DNA of 63,273 nucleotides from the NCBI GenBank assembly GCA_045598585.1, contig JAZLMG010000047.1:1-63273 (forward strand), written 5' to 3'. Positions 18,872-28,701 of the stretch are shown here, one piece after another. Numbering within the stretch: the first letter of the stretch is position 1; the number at the start of each line of letters is the position of its first letter. Source of the stretch: Kiritimatiellia bacterium (lineage in GTDB: Bacteria; Verrucomicrobiota; Kiritimatiellia; RFP12; UBA1067). The translations under genes and the position numbers were made by a program. The notes below the pieces were generated by a model. That model was not told where the DNA came from. It saw nothing but the letters and a program-made list of their open reading frames with translations, and made no database searches.

Positions 18872-21800
18872 ATGCGATTCTTGAATAAGATTTTTGTGAT
18901 GATGCTGGGGCTTGCGCTCTTGCCCGCGGCAGTTTTCGCTTTAGAACCCGTCAAGTATCTTGACTATGATGCGACGACCAAGACTTTTGCTGAAAAGACT
19001 TGTACGGACTACGTAGTCGTAACAGCAGACACCGCAACGTTCGAAGACGGTAAGTGGTATGTCGTAAACAGTGAAGTTTCTCGCGGAACGATTACGGTCA
19101 ATGGTGCGGCACGATTGATTCTTTGCGACAACGGAATTCTTAATGTAACGGGGGAAGCCTATTATTCGGCGGGTATAGCAATAGGAGCGAATCAATCACT
19201 TACTGTTTATGGACAGTCGGCATGTACCGGCAAGCTCAATGCCGGTGCTGAATCTTTTGCGGCGGGAATCGGAGTATATGCAGATGATGCTACAGGAGAT
19301 ACTTGTGGGAGACTGACTATTAATGGTGGCGTCATAACGGCGACAGGTGAACGGAATAGCGCCGGTATAGGTGGAGATGTAAAAAATTACATGGGGATTG
19401 TCACTATTAATGGCGGAAAAATAAATGCGACAGGCGGAGATTGTGGTGCCGGTATCGGAAGCGGTGCTTTCGTTAAATTCGGCATCGTGAATATTAACGG
19501 AGGTTTTATCAAGGCATCCGGTGGAGATGAAGCGGACGATATTGGTTCCGGTTATGAAAGCCGTAATATATCGGTATCTATTACCGGGGGTAAATTCGGT
19601 CTAAATGTTAAACGCGAGTGGCTCTCAGATGGTTGCGAGATATTCCCTAATTACGAAGAGCAAAGTGCAGCAGAATATCCATTCGAAGTTTTTCTCGCCC
19701 ATTTTATAAATGTCGGATCGTTGGATAGTCTGATTGTGTCGTGGACCGGTGGTGATCGCAGCGTTACTAACATAGTATCCGAAGCAAGATTTCCCATTCC
19801 CGATGATACGCAAAATCTTGAAGTCATTTTCAAGGTTCGACCGGGTTTTGCTATGGAAGGAGAGAGCGTATGCACTCTAGGTTCTTTGACGCAAGATGTT
19901 GATTTGGTTGAACTAGGTAAAGTGCCGACAACTCGTTCAGCGCCGGTTGAATATGTTGACGAGAAAGGCCAAAAACAATTTTGCGAAAACTTCAAGATAT
20001 TGAAAAAGGGAACTTATACCCTGGAAGATGGATGTTGGTATATACTTAATTCGAATATCGATACATACGGACCGATTATTGCGAAAAGCGACGTAAAACT
20101 TATTCTGTGCGACGATTTCACGATGACGATTCGTGATAGTTCATACAAAGCCGGTGTGGAAGTATGGGGGGCACTTAAGATTTATGGGCAAGAGAAGGGT
20201 ACAGGGTGTCTATCTGCAGCCGGTGGACATAATTCGGCCGGTATTTGCGTAAGCTATAACCAACATAGCGATCTGTCGATTAACGGCGGCATAGTGATAG
20301 CAAAAGGAGGAAACGCCGCTGCCGGCATCGGCGGCGCGACTGACTATAATTGCGGCAAAGTTACAATCAATGGCGGCGTAGTTACAGCAATCGGCAAGTT
20401 GACCGGAGCGGGTATCGGAGGCTCGCACTATGGCCGTGGCGGTGAGGTGATTATTACCGGCGGTAAGGTTTACGCTGAAAGCGGTTCTGCTGATAGTGCA
20501 GATTCGATCGGCGGTGCTCTTGGCGGTAGTGCCGGTAGTAGCGTGAAGATTTCCGGGGGCATGATAAAGGTGTCGCGATTAGGCGGGGCTATTGATGTAA
20601 TTGGCGGTGTATTCTCGGATTCGTTTGATCCGAACTGGTGCTCCAAGCGTTGTTCCGTATACGACAACCCGGATCCGCAAACCAATGCGGATTATCCGTA
20701 TGCGGTTGGGTGCAAGATTACGATAGATAAAATTTCGAATGCGATTGTAGCTTGGACCGGCGCAGACGGATCGGTTACCAATACCGTTAATGATACGAAC
20801 TTTTATGTTCCTGCTGATACGGAAAACGTAAAGTTAATTGTGACCGCTTTTGAAGGATTTTTCCTGGAAGGCAATTCGGTTGGAGCTGATGGTGTAGCCA
20901 CAGTCGAGCTTGGGACGATAACGTCAAATCTTAAGGTCGAGAAGTCCAAGCTTCCGATTGTCAAGTTACGTCCGGAATATCCTATTACATATGTTGACGA
21001 AAATGGGGTTTTGCAAACTTGTGGTGACTACATTTTCGTGACAGAGACGACGGATGAATTTACGGATGAATGGTATGTGACGAAAGGTGATATCTCGCGG
21101 GGTTCGATTAAGGTGAAGGGGGATGCGAAGCTTATTCTCGCGGATGGAGCGAAGCTCACCGTACAAGGCGCTGACAACGAGGCCGGACTTGAGGTGCCCG
21201 AAGGGAGCTCGATAACGATTTACGGCCAAGTATTTGGAAGCGGAGAACTTAATGCGTACGGCGGTTTTGACGGCGCCGGTATTGGTGGTGGGAAAAAACA
21301 GATTACCGGTTTCATTACGATTCTAGGTGGTAAAATCACGGCATTAGGCGGACCTGACGGTGCCGGCATTGGAGGCGGCTTTGAAGGATCCTGTGGCACA
21401 ATTACGATTAAGGGTACAGCAGAGATAGTCAAGGCAAAAGGTGCAATCGCGGCCGGTATTGGTTGCGGAGCCTGTTTTCCTCACGGAAATGGAAATAAAA
21501 CCGATGGAGAGATTACAATTAGCGGAAAGGCAAAGATTGTCGAAGCCAAAGGCGGAGAATATTCTGCCGGCATCGGCGGTAGTTATTGTAATGAGGGGAT
21601 CATCAAAATTGTAATAGAAGAAGATGCGGAAGTAATCGCAATTGGAGGCGATAGCGGAGCCGGCATCGGCGGTAGTTATAAAAATGATGGTGGTACAATC
21701 ACAATTAAGGGCGGGACAATAACTGCAAAAGGCGGAAGATATGCTGCCGGCATAGGCGGCGGTGAGAGCGGAGCAGGTGGTGCGATAACCATTTCCGGGA

Positions 21801-24772
21801 AGGCGAAAATAGTAGAAGCAAAAGGCGGCATCAATGGTGCCGGTATCGGCGGCGGCGATCAAGGTAACGGCGGAGTTATTACGCTGAATGGGGGCGTTGT
21901 CGAGGCGAATGGTGGCGCTAATGTGGAAGGTGGCGCCGGTATTGGCGGTGGACATAAAGCAAGTAGCGGAACGATTCTTATAAGAGGGGGAATCATCACG
22001 GCTTGGGCATATGGCTTTAGCTCGGCTTCCGGCATCGGTGGAGGGTATCAAAGTGGGTGTGACGAAATACGTATAAGTGGAGGTGCGATTAAAGCTGTGG
22101 GTGGGGATGGCGCGTTGGGTACGGCGGATGATATCGGCGTCGGATCGGGCGGAATGGATAAAGAGGGACTTGAGATTTCCGGCGGTATTTTTGCGAGAGA
22201 TTTGAAGGATGAGTGGCTAAAGGCGGGATATAAGGCGGTAGAGAATACCGATGATGCAACCAAAGAAACTTATAAATGGGCAATCGTGTCGTCAATTCCA
22301 AGCGACTATACCAGAGTGAAATATATTAAGGCGTTAAATGGCTCATATATCGATACCGGCTATAAGCCGAATCAAAATACGCGAGTCGTTATGGATGTAA
22401 AGGTTTACTCGGGGGATGAATTTTGGTTCGGTTGTTGGAACGAATCCAGCGCGGGTAAAGATAATGAGTTTATGCTATGCAATAACGCAACACAAGATGA
22501 CGCGTTGTATGTAGGATATGGTAAAACTACGAATAAAACGCATACGGTTATTTCGCCCGGTAGACATAAGATCGAGCTCGATCGCGGCAATGTGAAAGTC
22601 GATTCCCATAGTATTCTTATAATCGGCAACACTACGGCCTTTTCCGTTACCAATAACTTGTATATGCTTTCGCGGCAGAATCGCAAGGGAACTGCGTTCA
22701 TGCGAGGATATTGTACGGATGTAGTCTGCTATGGCGCTAGAATCAGCGAAATCACCACTGTCAATAGCAAGACAGTTGAGACGATGAAGCGCAATTTCAT
22801 TCCTTGCAAGCGCAATTCCGACGGTCGATATGGTTTCTACGATACGGTGGAAGGTAAGTTTTATTTGAATGCAGGTACCAAGTTCTTTACCGGCACTTCG
22901 GTTTTGGAAGAATCGCCGCGTAAATATACGATTCTCAAGTCAATTACCGCCCCCAGTGGAGTATATATCGATACCGGTTATAAGCCAATTCCTTCAACGC
23001 ACACCTGGATGGATTTGAAAACCGATACGTTAAAGGCGTATTGGTTCGGTGCCACAACCGGCTCTGCCTCAAATACGTTTGGTCATCCGGCATATTGCGT
23101 ATATTGCCATGGACTCACAACACCTGAAACCGTTGATGTTCATTACGGGAACGATGGCAAGCAGTTCAATCAGATTAAGGCCGGAACTCGTTATAAATTC
23201 GAGGTGGATAATGAGTTTTATTCCTCTAACGGAACGGGAAATATTCGACTTAATGGAGCATTGAACGGTACAACTCTTTCGAAGTGGAATGCTACTAGTG
23301 TATTGGGATCGAATATGTATATCTTCGGGCTTAACGTTAACGGTACGTTCATGTGCCTAGATAATCAACAAATTACTTGTTATGGCTTTAGTATCGGCGA
23401 GCGAATTGATACCAATAGTGAAACCGTTAAACATCGATTTCTGCCGTGTAAGCGCAATTCGGATGGAGTGTGCGGACTTTTCGATACGGTAAGTGAGAAA
23501 TTCTATACATATACAAAATCCGCAAGTGGAGTGATTACCGGCGGAGAAGAAGAACCCGAGCTTAATAAGGACGATGAGAGCGACGATCCTGTAGACCCTG
23601 AGCCAGAGCCGCAAGAGCCGGAGAAAGTGCCGAGTGCAATAGTGTCGAGACTCGGTCCGGAAGATACGAGCGATCCCCTTGGTAACACGATTGAAGAAGC
23701 GTTTAATTATGCGATGACCCACGGCGATGATAACGAAATCAAGTTCGCCGCTTCGCTCTTCAAGGACTCGACCTCGATTACGTGCCAGGTCGAAAAGGTC
23801 ATGTCGCTTACCGATGCGGGTTCGAAGGTCGTTCTTAAGACTCCGCCCGGCTATGAGATCAAGCTCGTGCCGTATTTGAATTATAAAGTCAACGAGTATT
23901 ATGGAACGACAGTGTTGGTAAATCCGCCTTCGCGTTGTTTCGTCGTAAAGAACGGAGCGACACTGGTTCTCGATGGACTCGAAATCACCGATAATAACGG
24001 CGAAGGGTTCTTAGGCGTGTCACTCACAGGGCTGAATACGAACGGCGGAGCAATCGGTTGCGAGGGTGCGCTAGTCGTGACGAATTGCACTTTCAAGAAT
24101 TCACTGGCGGGACCGAGGGCGAAAATCACGTATTCGCCTACCGGGCAAGGGGGGGCAATCGCGGCAGTTGGCACGGGTGCAAACGTCACGATCGTCAATT
24201 CTCGCTTTGAAAACAATCAGGCGGAGAACGGCGGCGCAGTCGCGAGTCTCAACGGCGGAACGATGAATGTATACAACTCGACTTTTAAGAATAATAAGGC
24301 GTACAAGAGCTTCCCGCTCGGACAAAGCTACGGAGCGTCGGCCTATAAGGACGTTGGCTCCACTCTCGCGCTTCATGGCTGCGAGTTCGAGGGTAATTCG
24401 TGTTGGGATGTGAACGAGAGGAAAGAAATCGAAGATACTTCGGAGAGTTTGATAGCGGCGATACAAAGACTGGGGGTTAATTGGTACGATCTCGAAAGTG
24501 TCGGCGGAGGGAAGCTTAAGATGGCGCTCAACAAGAACGCGACGCCTGAAATCGCCGCGGAAAGCGAGGCGGATTTCGAAGGAGAAGTTGTGACCCTCGT
24601 CGTCGATAATGTCAAGCCGGGACTTAAGTACGCTTTAGGATATACCGATACGCTCGCAGGCGAGTTTGTCGCGGATAACTGGGTCGTCGCGACGAGCGAC
24701 GAGCCGCTCGTGGTCAGCGCGCCGAAGGGCGATAGCTCCTCGCGCTTCTTCCGCATCTTGGTAAGCGACTGA
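18872..24772 (+). CDS. Large Sec-exported adhesin-like repeat protein (~1966 aa)
   Basis: Signal peptide MRFLNKIFVMMLGLALLPAAVFA; many AGIGGG/ITINGG beta-helix repeats in three blocks; two YIDTGYKP...PCKRNSDG domains; GGAI/FxxN repeats; C-terminal RFFRI. Confidence 0.8.
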   Translation: MRFLNKIFVMMLGLALLPAAVFALEPVKYLDYDATTKTFAEKTCTDYVVVTADTATFEDGKWYVVNSEVSRGTITVNGAARLILCDNGILNVTGEAYYSAGIAIGANQSLTVYGQSACTGKLNAGAESFAAGIGVYADDATGDTCGRLTINGGVITATGERNSAGIGGDVKNYMGIVTINGGKINATGGDCGAGIGSGAFVKFGIVNINGGFIKASGGDEADDIGSGYESRNISVSITGGKFGLNVKREWLSDGCEIFPNYEEQSAAEYPFEVFLAHFINVGSLDSLIVSWTGGDRSVTNIVSEARFPIPDDTQNLEVIFKVRPGFAMEGESVCTLGSLTQDVDLVELGKVPTTRSAPVEYVDEKGQKQFCENFKILKKGTYTLEDGCWYILNSNIDTYGPIIAKSDVKLILCDDFTMTIRDSSYKAGVEVWGALKIYGQEKGTGCLSAAGGHNSAGICVSYNQHSDLSINGGIVIAKGGNAAAGIGGATDYNCGKVTINGGVVTAIGKLTGAGIGGSHYGRGGEVIITGGKVYAESGSADSADSIGGALGGSAGSSVKISGGMIKVSRLGGAIDVIGGVFSDSFDPNWCSKRCSVYDNPDPQTNADYPYAVGCKITIDKISNAIVAWTGADGSVTNTVNDTNFYVPADTENVKLIVTAFEGFFLEGNSVGADGVATVELGTITSNLKVEKSKLPIVKLRPEYPITYVDENGVLQTCGDYIFVTETTDEFTDEWYVTKGDISRGSIKVKGDAKLILADGAKLTVQGADNEAGLEVPEGSSITIYGQVFGSGELNAYGGFDGAGIGGGKKQITGFITILGGKITALGGPDGAGIGGGFEGSCGTITIKGTAEIVKAKGAIAAGIGCGACFPHGNGNKTDGEITISGKAKIVEAKGGEYSAGIGGSYCNEGIIKIVIEEDAEVIAIGGDSGAGIGGSYKNDGGTITIKGGTITAKGGRYAAGIGGGESGAGGAITISGKAKIVEAKGGINGAGIGGGDQGNGGVITLNGGVVEANGGANVEGGAGIGGGHKASSGTILIRGGIITAWAYGFSSASGIGGGYQSGCDEIRISGGAIKAVGGDGALGTADDIGVGSGGMDKEGLEISGGIFARDLKDEWLKAGYKAVENTDDATKETYKWAIVSSIPSDYTRVKYIKALNGSYIDTGYKPNQNTRVVMDVKVYSGDEFWFGCWNESSAGKDNEFMLCNNATQDDALYVGYGKTTNKTHTVISPGRHKIELDRGNVKVDSHSILIIGNTTAFSVTNNLYMLSRQNRKGTAFMRGYCTDVVCYGARISEITTVNSKTVETMKRNFIPCKRNSDGRYGFYDTVEGKFYLNAGTKFFTGTSVLEESPRKYTILKSITAPSGVYIDTGYKPIPSTHTWMDLKTDTLKAYWFGATTGSASNTFGHPAYCVYCHGLTTPETVDVHYGNDGKQFNQIKAGTRYKFEVDNEFYSSNGTGNIRLNGALNGTTLSKWNATSVLGSNMYIFGLNVNGTFMCLDNQQITCYGFSIGERIDTNSETVKHRFLPCKRNSDGVCGLFDTVSEKFYTYTKSASGVITGGEEEPELNKDDESDDPVDPEPEPQEPEKVPSAIVSRLGPEDTSDPLGNTIEEAFNYAMTHGDDNEIKFAASLFKDSTSITCQVEKVMSLTDAGSKVVLKTPPGYEIKLVPYLNYKVNEYYGTTVLVNPPSRCFVVKNGATLVLDGLEITDNNGEGFLGVSLTGLNTNGGAIGCEGALVVTNCTFKNSLAGPRAKITYSPTGQGGAIAAVGTGANVTIVNSRFENNQAENGGAVASLNGGTMNVYNSTFKNNKAYKSFPLGQSYGASAYKDVGSTLALHGCEFEGNSCWDVNERKEIEDTSESLIAAIQRLGVNWYDLESVGGGKLKMALNKNATPEIAAESEADFEGEVVTLVVDNVKPGLKYALGYTDTLAGEFVADNWVVATSDEPLVVSAPKGDSSSRFFRILVSD

Positions 24773-24849
24773 GATGATTGAATATTTTCCTCAAATATGG
24801 TATAATGTTGGAAAAATATTTCCTATAGTAGGGTGATTTCAGTCTCAAG

Positions 24850-26319
24850 ATGGAAAAAAACTTGCAAAGCGTGGGTGAAGTTATAGTGGGATCGTCAGAT
24901 CCTGCAGTTGCCAAGCTTTTGTCTCAATTAAAGAGAGAGAGACGTGTAGTTAAACTCGCCTCGCGTCTTTATACGACCAACTTTACTGACACTCCCGAAA
25001 ATATCGTTCGTAGAAATCTATGGTCGATAATCGGACAGCTTTGGCCCGGTGCGCGGTTAAGTCACCGAACGGCGTTTGAATATGCCCCCAAAGACGGACA
25101 TATTTTTCTTGGCTATAAATACACGCGAAAAGTCGCCTTGCCGGGACTTACGATTCACTTTCTTGAAACTTCTCAGTCGCTTCCTTCAGATTACCCGTTT
25201 ATGGAGAATCTGGGCGTTTCTTCTTTGCCACGTGCAATCTTAGAGAATCTTGAGCCCGATAAGACTCAAGGTGGTGTAGAAAAATGTTTGCCGACTGAGA
25301 GTATTGAGGATCGTCTTGAGGCGGAGGTCGCGACCGGAGGAGAGGCCGCCCTTAATAAGCTACGCGATCAAGCTCGTGAAATAGCCAAAGAAGCAGGTCT
25401 TGAATATGGATTTTCGCGTCTTGATAAGATGATAGGTGCCTTACTCTCCACTCGCCCCGCAAATGTTCTCAAGTCCTCGGTAGCGCTCGCGAGAGCCATC
25501 GGCGAGCCGTATGACAGTTCGCGACTTGAACTTTTCGAGGTATTGCTTCGGAAGCTTGTTGGAAGTTCTTTTCCCGAATATACCGATGCGAATGTTTCAA
25601 AAACGGATTATGATTCTTTCGCTTTCTTTGAAAGCTATTTCTCCAATTATATCGAAGGAACCGAGTTTGAACTTGAAGAAGCTCGCCGAATTGTCGATAC
25701 GGGAGTAGCGATCCCAACTCGTGATGCCGACAGTCATGATATCCTCGGTACGTATGCTATCGCATCCAATCGCTTGGAGATGTCAAGACTCGCCAATTCA
25801 GCCGACGAGTTTCTTGAACTTCTTAGAGGGCGTCATCGCGTAATTCTTTCCGGTCGTCCTGCGATGGCTCCCGGGCAATTCAAGATGCAAGATAATCGGG
25901 CAGGGAATACACATTTCGTTTCTTTCGATCGAGTCATCGGTACCTTAAAACGCGCATTTGACATGTCGCGAGTACTTCAGCATCCATTCGCTAAAGCGAT
26001 ATTCATTATGTTCGTTACGAGTGAAGTTCATCCGTTCAACGATGGTAATGGGCGACTATCACGAATTATGATGAATGGCGAGCTTACTGCGGTAGGTCAG
26101 GCAAAGATTATAGTTCCAACGGTGTTCCGCCCTGATTACATTGGAGCATTGCGTCGTCTTTCGCGGAATCTGGATCCGGAACCTTTTGTAGAAGCGATGT
26201 TGCGTCTTTGGAAGTTCAGTCATTGGCTCGCTAGTGGTGACTTTGGGACATTAAAAGATCGTCTGGAACGTAGCAACGCTTTTCACGATGATGAAGGATC
26301 GATTCTTCGTTTTTTGTAA
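24850..26319 (+). CDS. Fic-domain protein with intact AMPylation motif
   Basis: HPFNDGNGRLSR, FSNYIEGT; own TGGTATAAT promoter at ~24798-24806. Confidence 0.9.
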   Translation: MEKNLQSVGEVIVGSSDPAVAKLLSQLKRERRVVKLASRLYTTNFTDTPENIVRRNLWSIIGQLWPGARLSHRTAFEYAPKDGHIFLGYKYTRKVALPGLTIHFLETSQSLPSDYPFMENLGVSSLPRAILENLEPDKTQGGVEKCLPTESIEDRLEAEVATGGEAALNKLRDQAREIAKEAGLEYGFSRLDKMIGALLSTRPANVLKSSVALARAIGEPYDSSRLELFEVLLRKLVGSSFPEYTDANVSKTDYDSFAFFESYFSNYIEGTEFELEEARRIVDTGVAIPTRDADSHDILGTYAIASNRLEMSRLANSADEFLELLRGRHRVILSGRPAMAPGQFKMQDNRAGNTHFVSFDRVIGTLKRAFDMSRVLQHPFAKAIFIMFVTSEVHPFNDGNGRLSRIMMNGELTAVGQAKIIVPTVFRPDYIGALRRLSRNLDPEPFVEAMLRLWKFSHWLASGDFGTLKDRLERSNAFHDDEGSILRFL

Positions 26320-26343
26320 CCTTCGCGGAACTTGTGCGTATAC
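26315..26343 (+). promoter_or_regulatory. ECF-type promoter, copy 5
   Basis: TGTAACC-N15-CGTATAC overlapping the Fic stop codon. Confidence 0.8.
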
Positions 26344-26363
26344 AGGGCAAAGGAGAAAAACCT

Positions 26364-27056
26364 ATGAACATTAATTTGAATACCTCAACAGTCGGCGCGG
26401 GCAATATCGCGCTCGGTCAAGGAAGCGAAGTAAAGCCCCATGGCGCGGCGCTTAAGCCGCTTCTCGGCGGCGGGAATATCGAAGTAAGCGAGCCGTTTGT
26501 GGATATTTCGAAGCTGATCGACACGCTGAATGAAGAAAACAAGTCGGTCGCCGAGAGTATCAAGCGCCGCTTCAATTCGATCAGTATCGAGGTCCTTAGG
26601 ACGCTTAACGGCAAGGATATCGATGTCATCAACGCGCTCTCGCTCGAAATCGAAAATCTCGCGAAGCTTAATGAAGCGCTTCGCACGAAGCAGGAAGATC
26701 GCATCAAGTATTTCGATGACAAAGAAAAACTGGACGAAATCGACGAGAAAATTTCGGATATCAATAAAGACATTACCGGCTCCACGGCGCTGATTGAAAA
26801 GCTCGCGACCCAGCTTTCGTCGGCGACCAAGCGAGAACTCGGCGCGCTCTTTGCGGATATGGGAGTAATCGAAGCGCCGCCGGAAGGTAAGGAGCGTCTT
26901 GAAGAAGACGAAAAGGCGATTGTTTTCGCGTTTCTCCATATCCCCACCGACCAGCACGACGCCGTAATTCAGCATCTTCAAAAGCAGCGCGCTTCTCTTG
27001 AAGAAATGCAAAATATTCTTAACGATATAGACAGTAACCGCCAAGAAATGGTATAA
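26364..27056 (+). CDS. Coiled-coil T3SS-associated protein, probably secreted (230 aa)
   Basis: AGGAG RBS, N-terminus MNINLNTST, ECF motif, directly before SycD. Confidence 0.6.
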   Translation: MNINLNTSTVGAGNIALGQGSEVKPHGAALKPLLGGGNIEVSEPFVDISKLIDTLNEENKSVAESIKRRFNSISIEVLRTLNGKDIDVINALSLEIENLAKLNEALRTKQEDRIKYFDDKEKLDEIDEKISDINKDITGSTALIEKLATQLSSATKRELGALFADMGVIEAPPEGKERLEEDEKAIVFAFLHIPTDQHDAVIQHLQKQRASLEEMQNILNDIDSNRQEMV

Positions 27057-27083
27057 TATTATTCTATTTAAGGAGAGTTAAAA

Positions 27084-27560
27084 ATGAACGCTGAAACCAA
27101 GAATATTATCGACGCCGCTCTCGATCAGTTCGCGAAGGATGGTCTTACCACAATTCGCGAGCTTAAAGGCATTTCCGACAAGCAGATGAATGCGATGTAC
27201 GCGGTCGGTTTCAACCTCTTTAATTCCGGTCGCCTCGAAGACGCCGAAAAGATTTTCAAGGGACTTCTTCTCCTCGATCACCTCGAGCGCAAGTATTGGT
27301 TCGGCTACGCCGCGATCAAGCAGCAGCAGAAGAATTTTGCCGAAGCGCTTAAAGCCTATCAGGTCGCGGCGGTCTTGGATAACACGAACCCGAAGACGGT
27401 TTATCAGATTGCGGAGTGCCACCTCGCGCTCGGAGATAAGTTAAGCGCGGAAGAAGCGCTCGGTATCATGTTCGAGAACTGCGACTTCTCGGGCGAAACG
27501 GGCTCGAAGTATCGCGCCAAAGCCGAGACGCTTAAAAAAGTTATTGAGAATATGAAATAA
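27084..27560 (+). CDS. sycD: SycD/LcrH-family translocator chaperone (TPR)
   Basis: MYAVGFNLFNSGRLEDAEKIFKGLLLLDH...YWFGYAA...AECHLALG. Confidence 0.93.
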   Translation: MNAETKNIIDAALDQFAKDGLTTIRELKGISDKQMNAMYAVGFNLFNSGRLEDAEKIFKGLLLLDHLERKYWFGYAAIKQQQKNFAEALKAYQVAAVLDNTNPKTVYQIAECHLALGDKLSAEEALGIMFENCDFSGETGSKYRAKAETLKKVIENMK

Positions 27561-27562
27561 GT

Positions 27563-27592
27563 TGTAACCTTTCGTATGCGTAAAACGTATAC
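27563..27592 (+). promoter_or_regulatory. ECF-type promoter, copy 6
   Basis: TGTAACC-N16-CGTATAC-AGGGCAAA before the translocator operon. Confidence 0.8.
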
Positions 27593-27615
27593 AGGGCAAA
27601 GAAAGGAAAACGACA

Positions 27616-28677
27616 ATGGAAATTTCTCTTAACACGACTCAGCCGATTCTTCCGGCGAACACTGAAGAGCTCGAAAAGAGCACTTCGACTGAATCTACCG
27701 CGCAGGTTGGCTCGATTCTTAACGAAGCGCTCGGCGTCATGGTTCAGAACGTCAAGGCCGCTCGCACTACCCAGACTCAGTCCGTTCAAATCGAACTCGA
27801 TGAAGTCTTGGAAGCGTTTGATGAAGATCTCGAAACCTTGATCGGTTTGTTGCAGCTCGAACAGAGCGAGAAAGATGCCGCGGTAGCGAAGGAACGCATC
27901 AAGCAGCTTTCCGCTCAGTTCCAGTCGATTCACGACGGGCGCATGAAAAAGATCGACGAAGCCATCAAGAAGCAGGAAAAGGCCGATAAGGCCGCTAAGC
28001 GCAATAAGTGGCTCTCGATCTTCGGCGCGGTTATCGCCGTTGTTGCGGCGGTCGTCACTTCGGTATTTACGCTCGGCGCGAGCACGGTCGTTACGGCGGG
28101 TATTATCGCGGCATCGCTTTCGATCGCCAGCGCGGCGATCGCAGTTACCGGGTGTGCGCTTACGCTTTCGGGCGGAGACGAAAAGCTTATGGAAGCGTTG
28201 GCCAAAGTCCACCAGAAGTGCAGCGGCTGTTCCGATAAGACCGCCAAGAAGTTCGCTTCCGACTTCTATGCTTACTTTGGTATCGCTTTGAGTGGTCTCT
28301 GCGCAATCGGCAGCCTCGGTTCGGGAGTCGTCAACTCCATTCAGCTCGCCGGTAAAGAAGTCACTTATCTCGTTTCGGCCATTGCACAGAAAGTCATCAA
28401 TCACACGATGCAGGGAATCGGCCTCGTAAACTCGAGCGTCTCGACCGGCTTCGGAGCGGATTCGATGCACAAGAACAGCGAGGCGTCTAAGGCCAATGCC
28501 GAGACGAAAGAAATCGCCGCGTTCATTCAGCTCCTTCAGAAGGAAATGGATGATGCGCAGGAAATGCTCGAAAATATCGTCAACTCGCTCCAGAATACGG
28601 TTGCGCAGATTCTTGATATTCTCGATAATGTCGCCAACTCCAAGATTAAGATCGAAGAGACCGTTATGATGGTCTAA
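27616..28677 (+). CDS. sctE: Major hydrophobic translocator (YopB/SseC/IpaB-like)
   Basis: Coiled coil, long hydrophobic region (WLSIFGAVIAVVAAVVTSVFTLGAS...), C-terminal coiled coil; follows SycD. Confidence 0.88.
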   Translation: MEISLNTTQPILPANTEELEKSTSTESTAQVGSILNEALGVMVQNVKAARTTQTQSVQIELDEVLEAFDEDLETLIGLLQLEQSEKDAAVAKERIKQLSAQFQSIHDGRMKKIDEAIKKQEKADKAAKRNKWLSIFGAVIAVVAAVVTSVFTLGASTVVTAGIIAASLSIASAAIAVTGCALTLSGGDEKLMEALAKVHQKCSGCSDKTAKKFASDFYAYFGIALSGLCAIGSLGSGVVNSIQLAGKEVTYLVSAIAQKVINHTMQGIGLVNSSVSTGFGADSMHKNSEASKANAETKEIAAFIQLLQKEMDDAQEMLENIVNSLQNTVAQILDILDNVANSKIKIEETVMMV

Positions 28678-28701
28678 GGTAAGGAGAAGGAGGGTAAAGC
28701 C

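Noticed and set aside
24850-26319. Fic protein as a T3SS effector (VopS-like)
   Set aside because: Has a sigma70-type promoter, no ECF motif, no chaperone and no T3S-like N-terminus; resembles stand-alone Fic proteins
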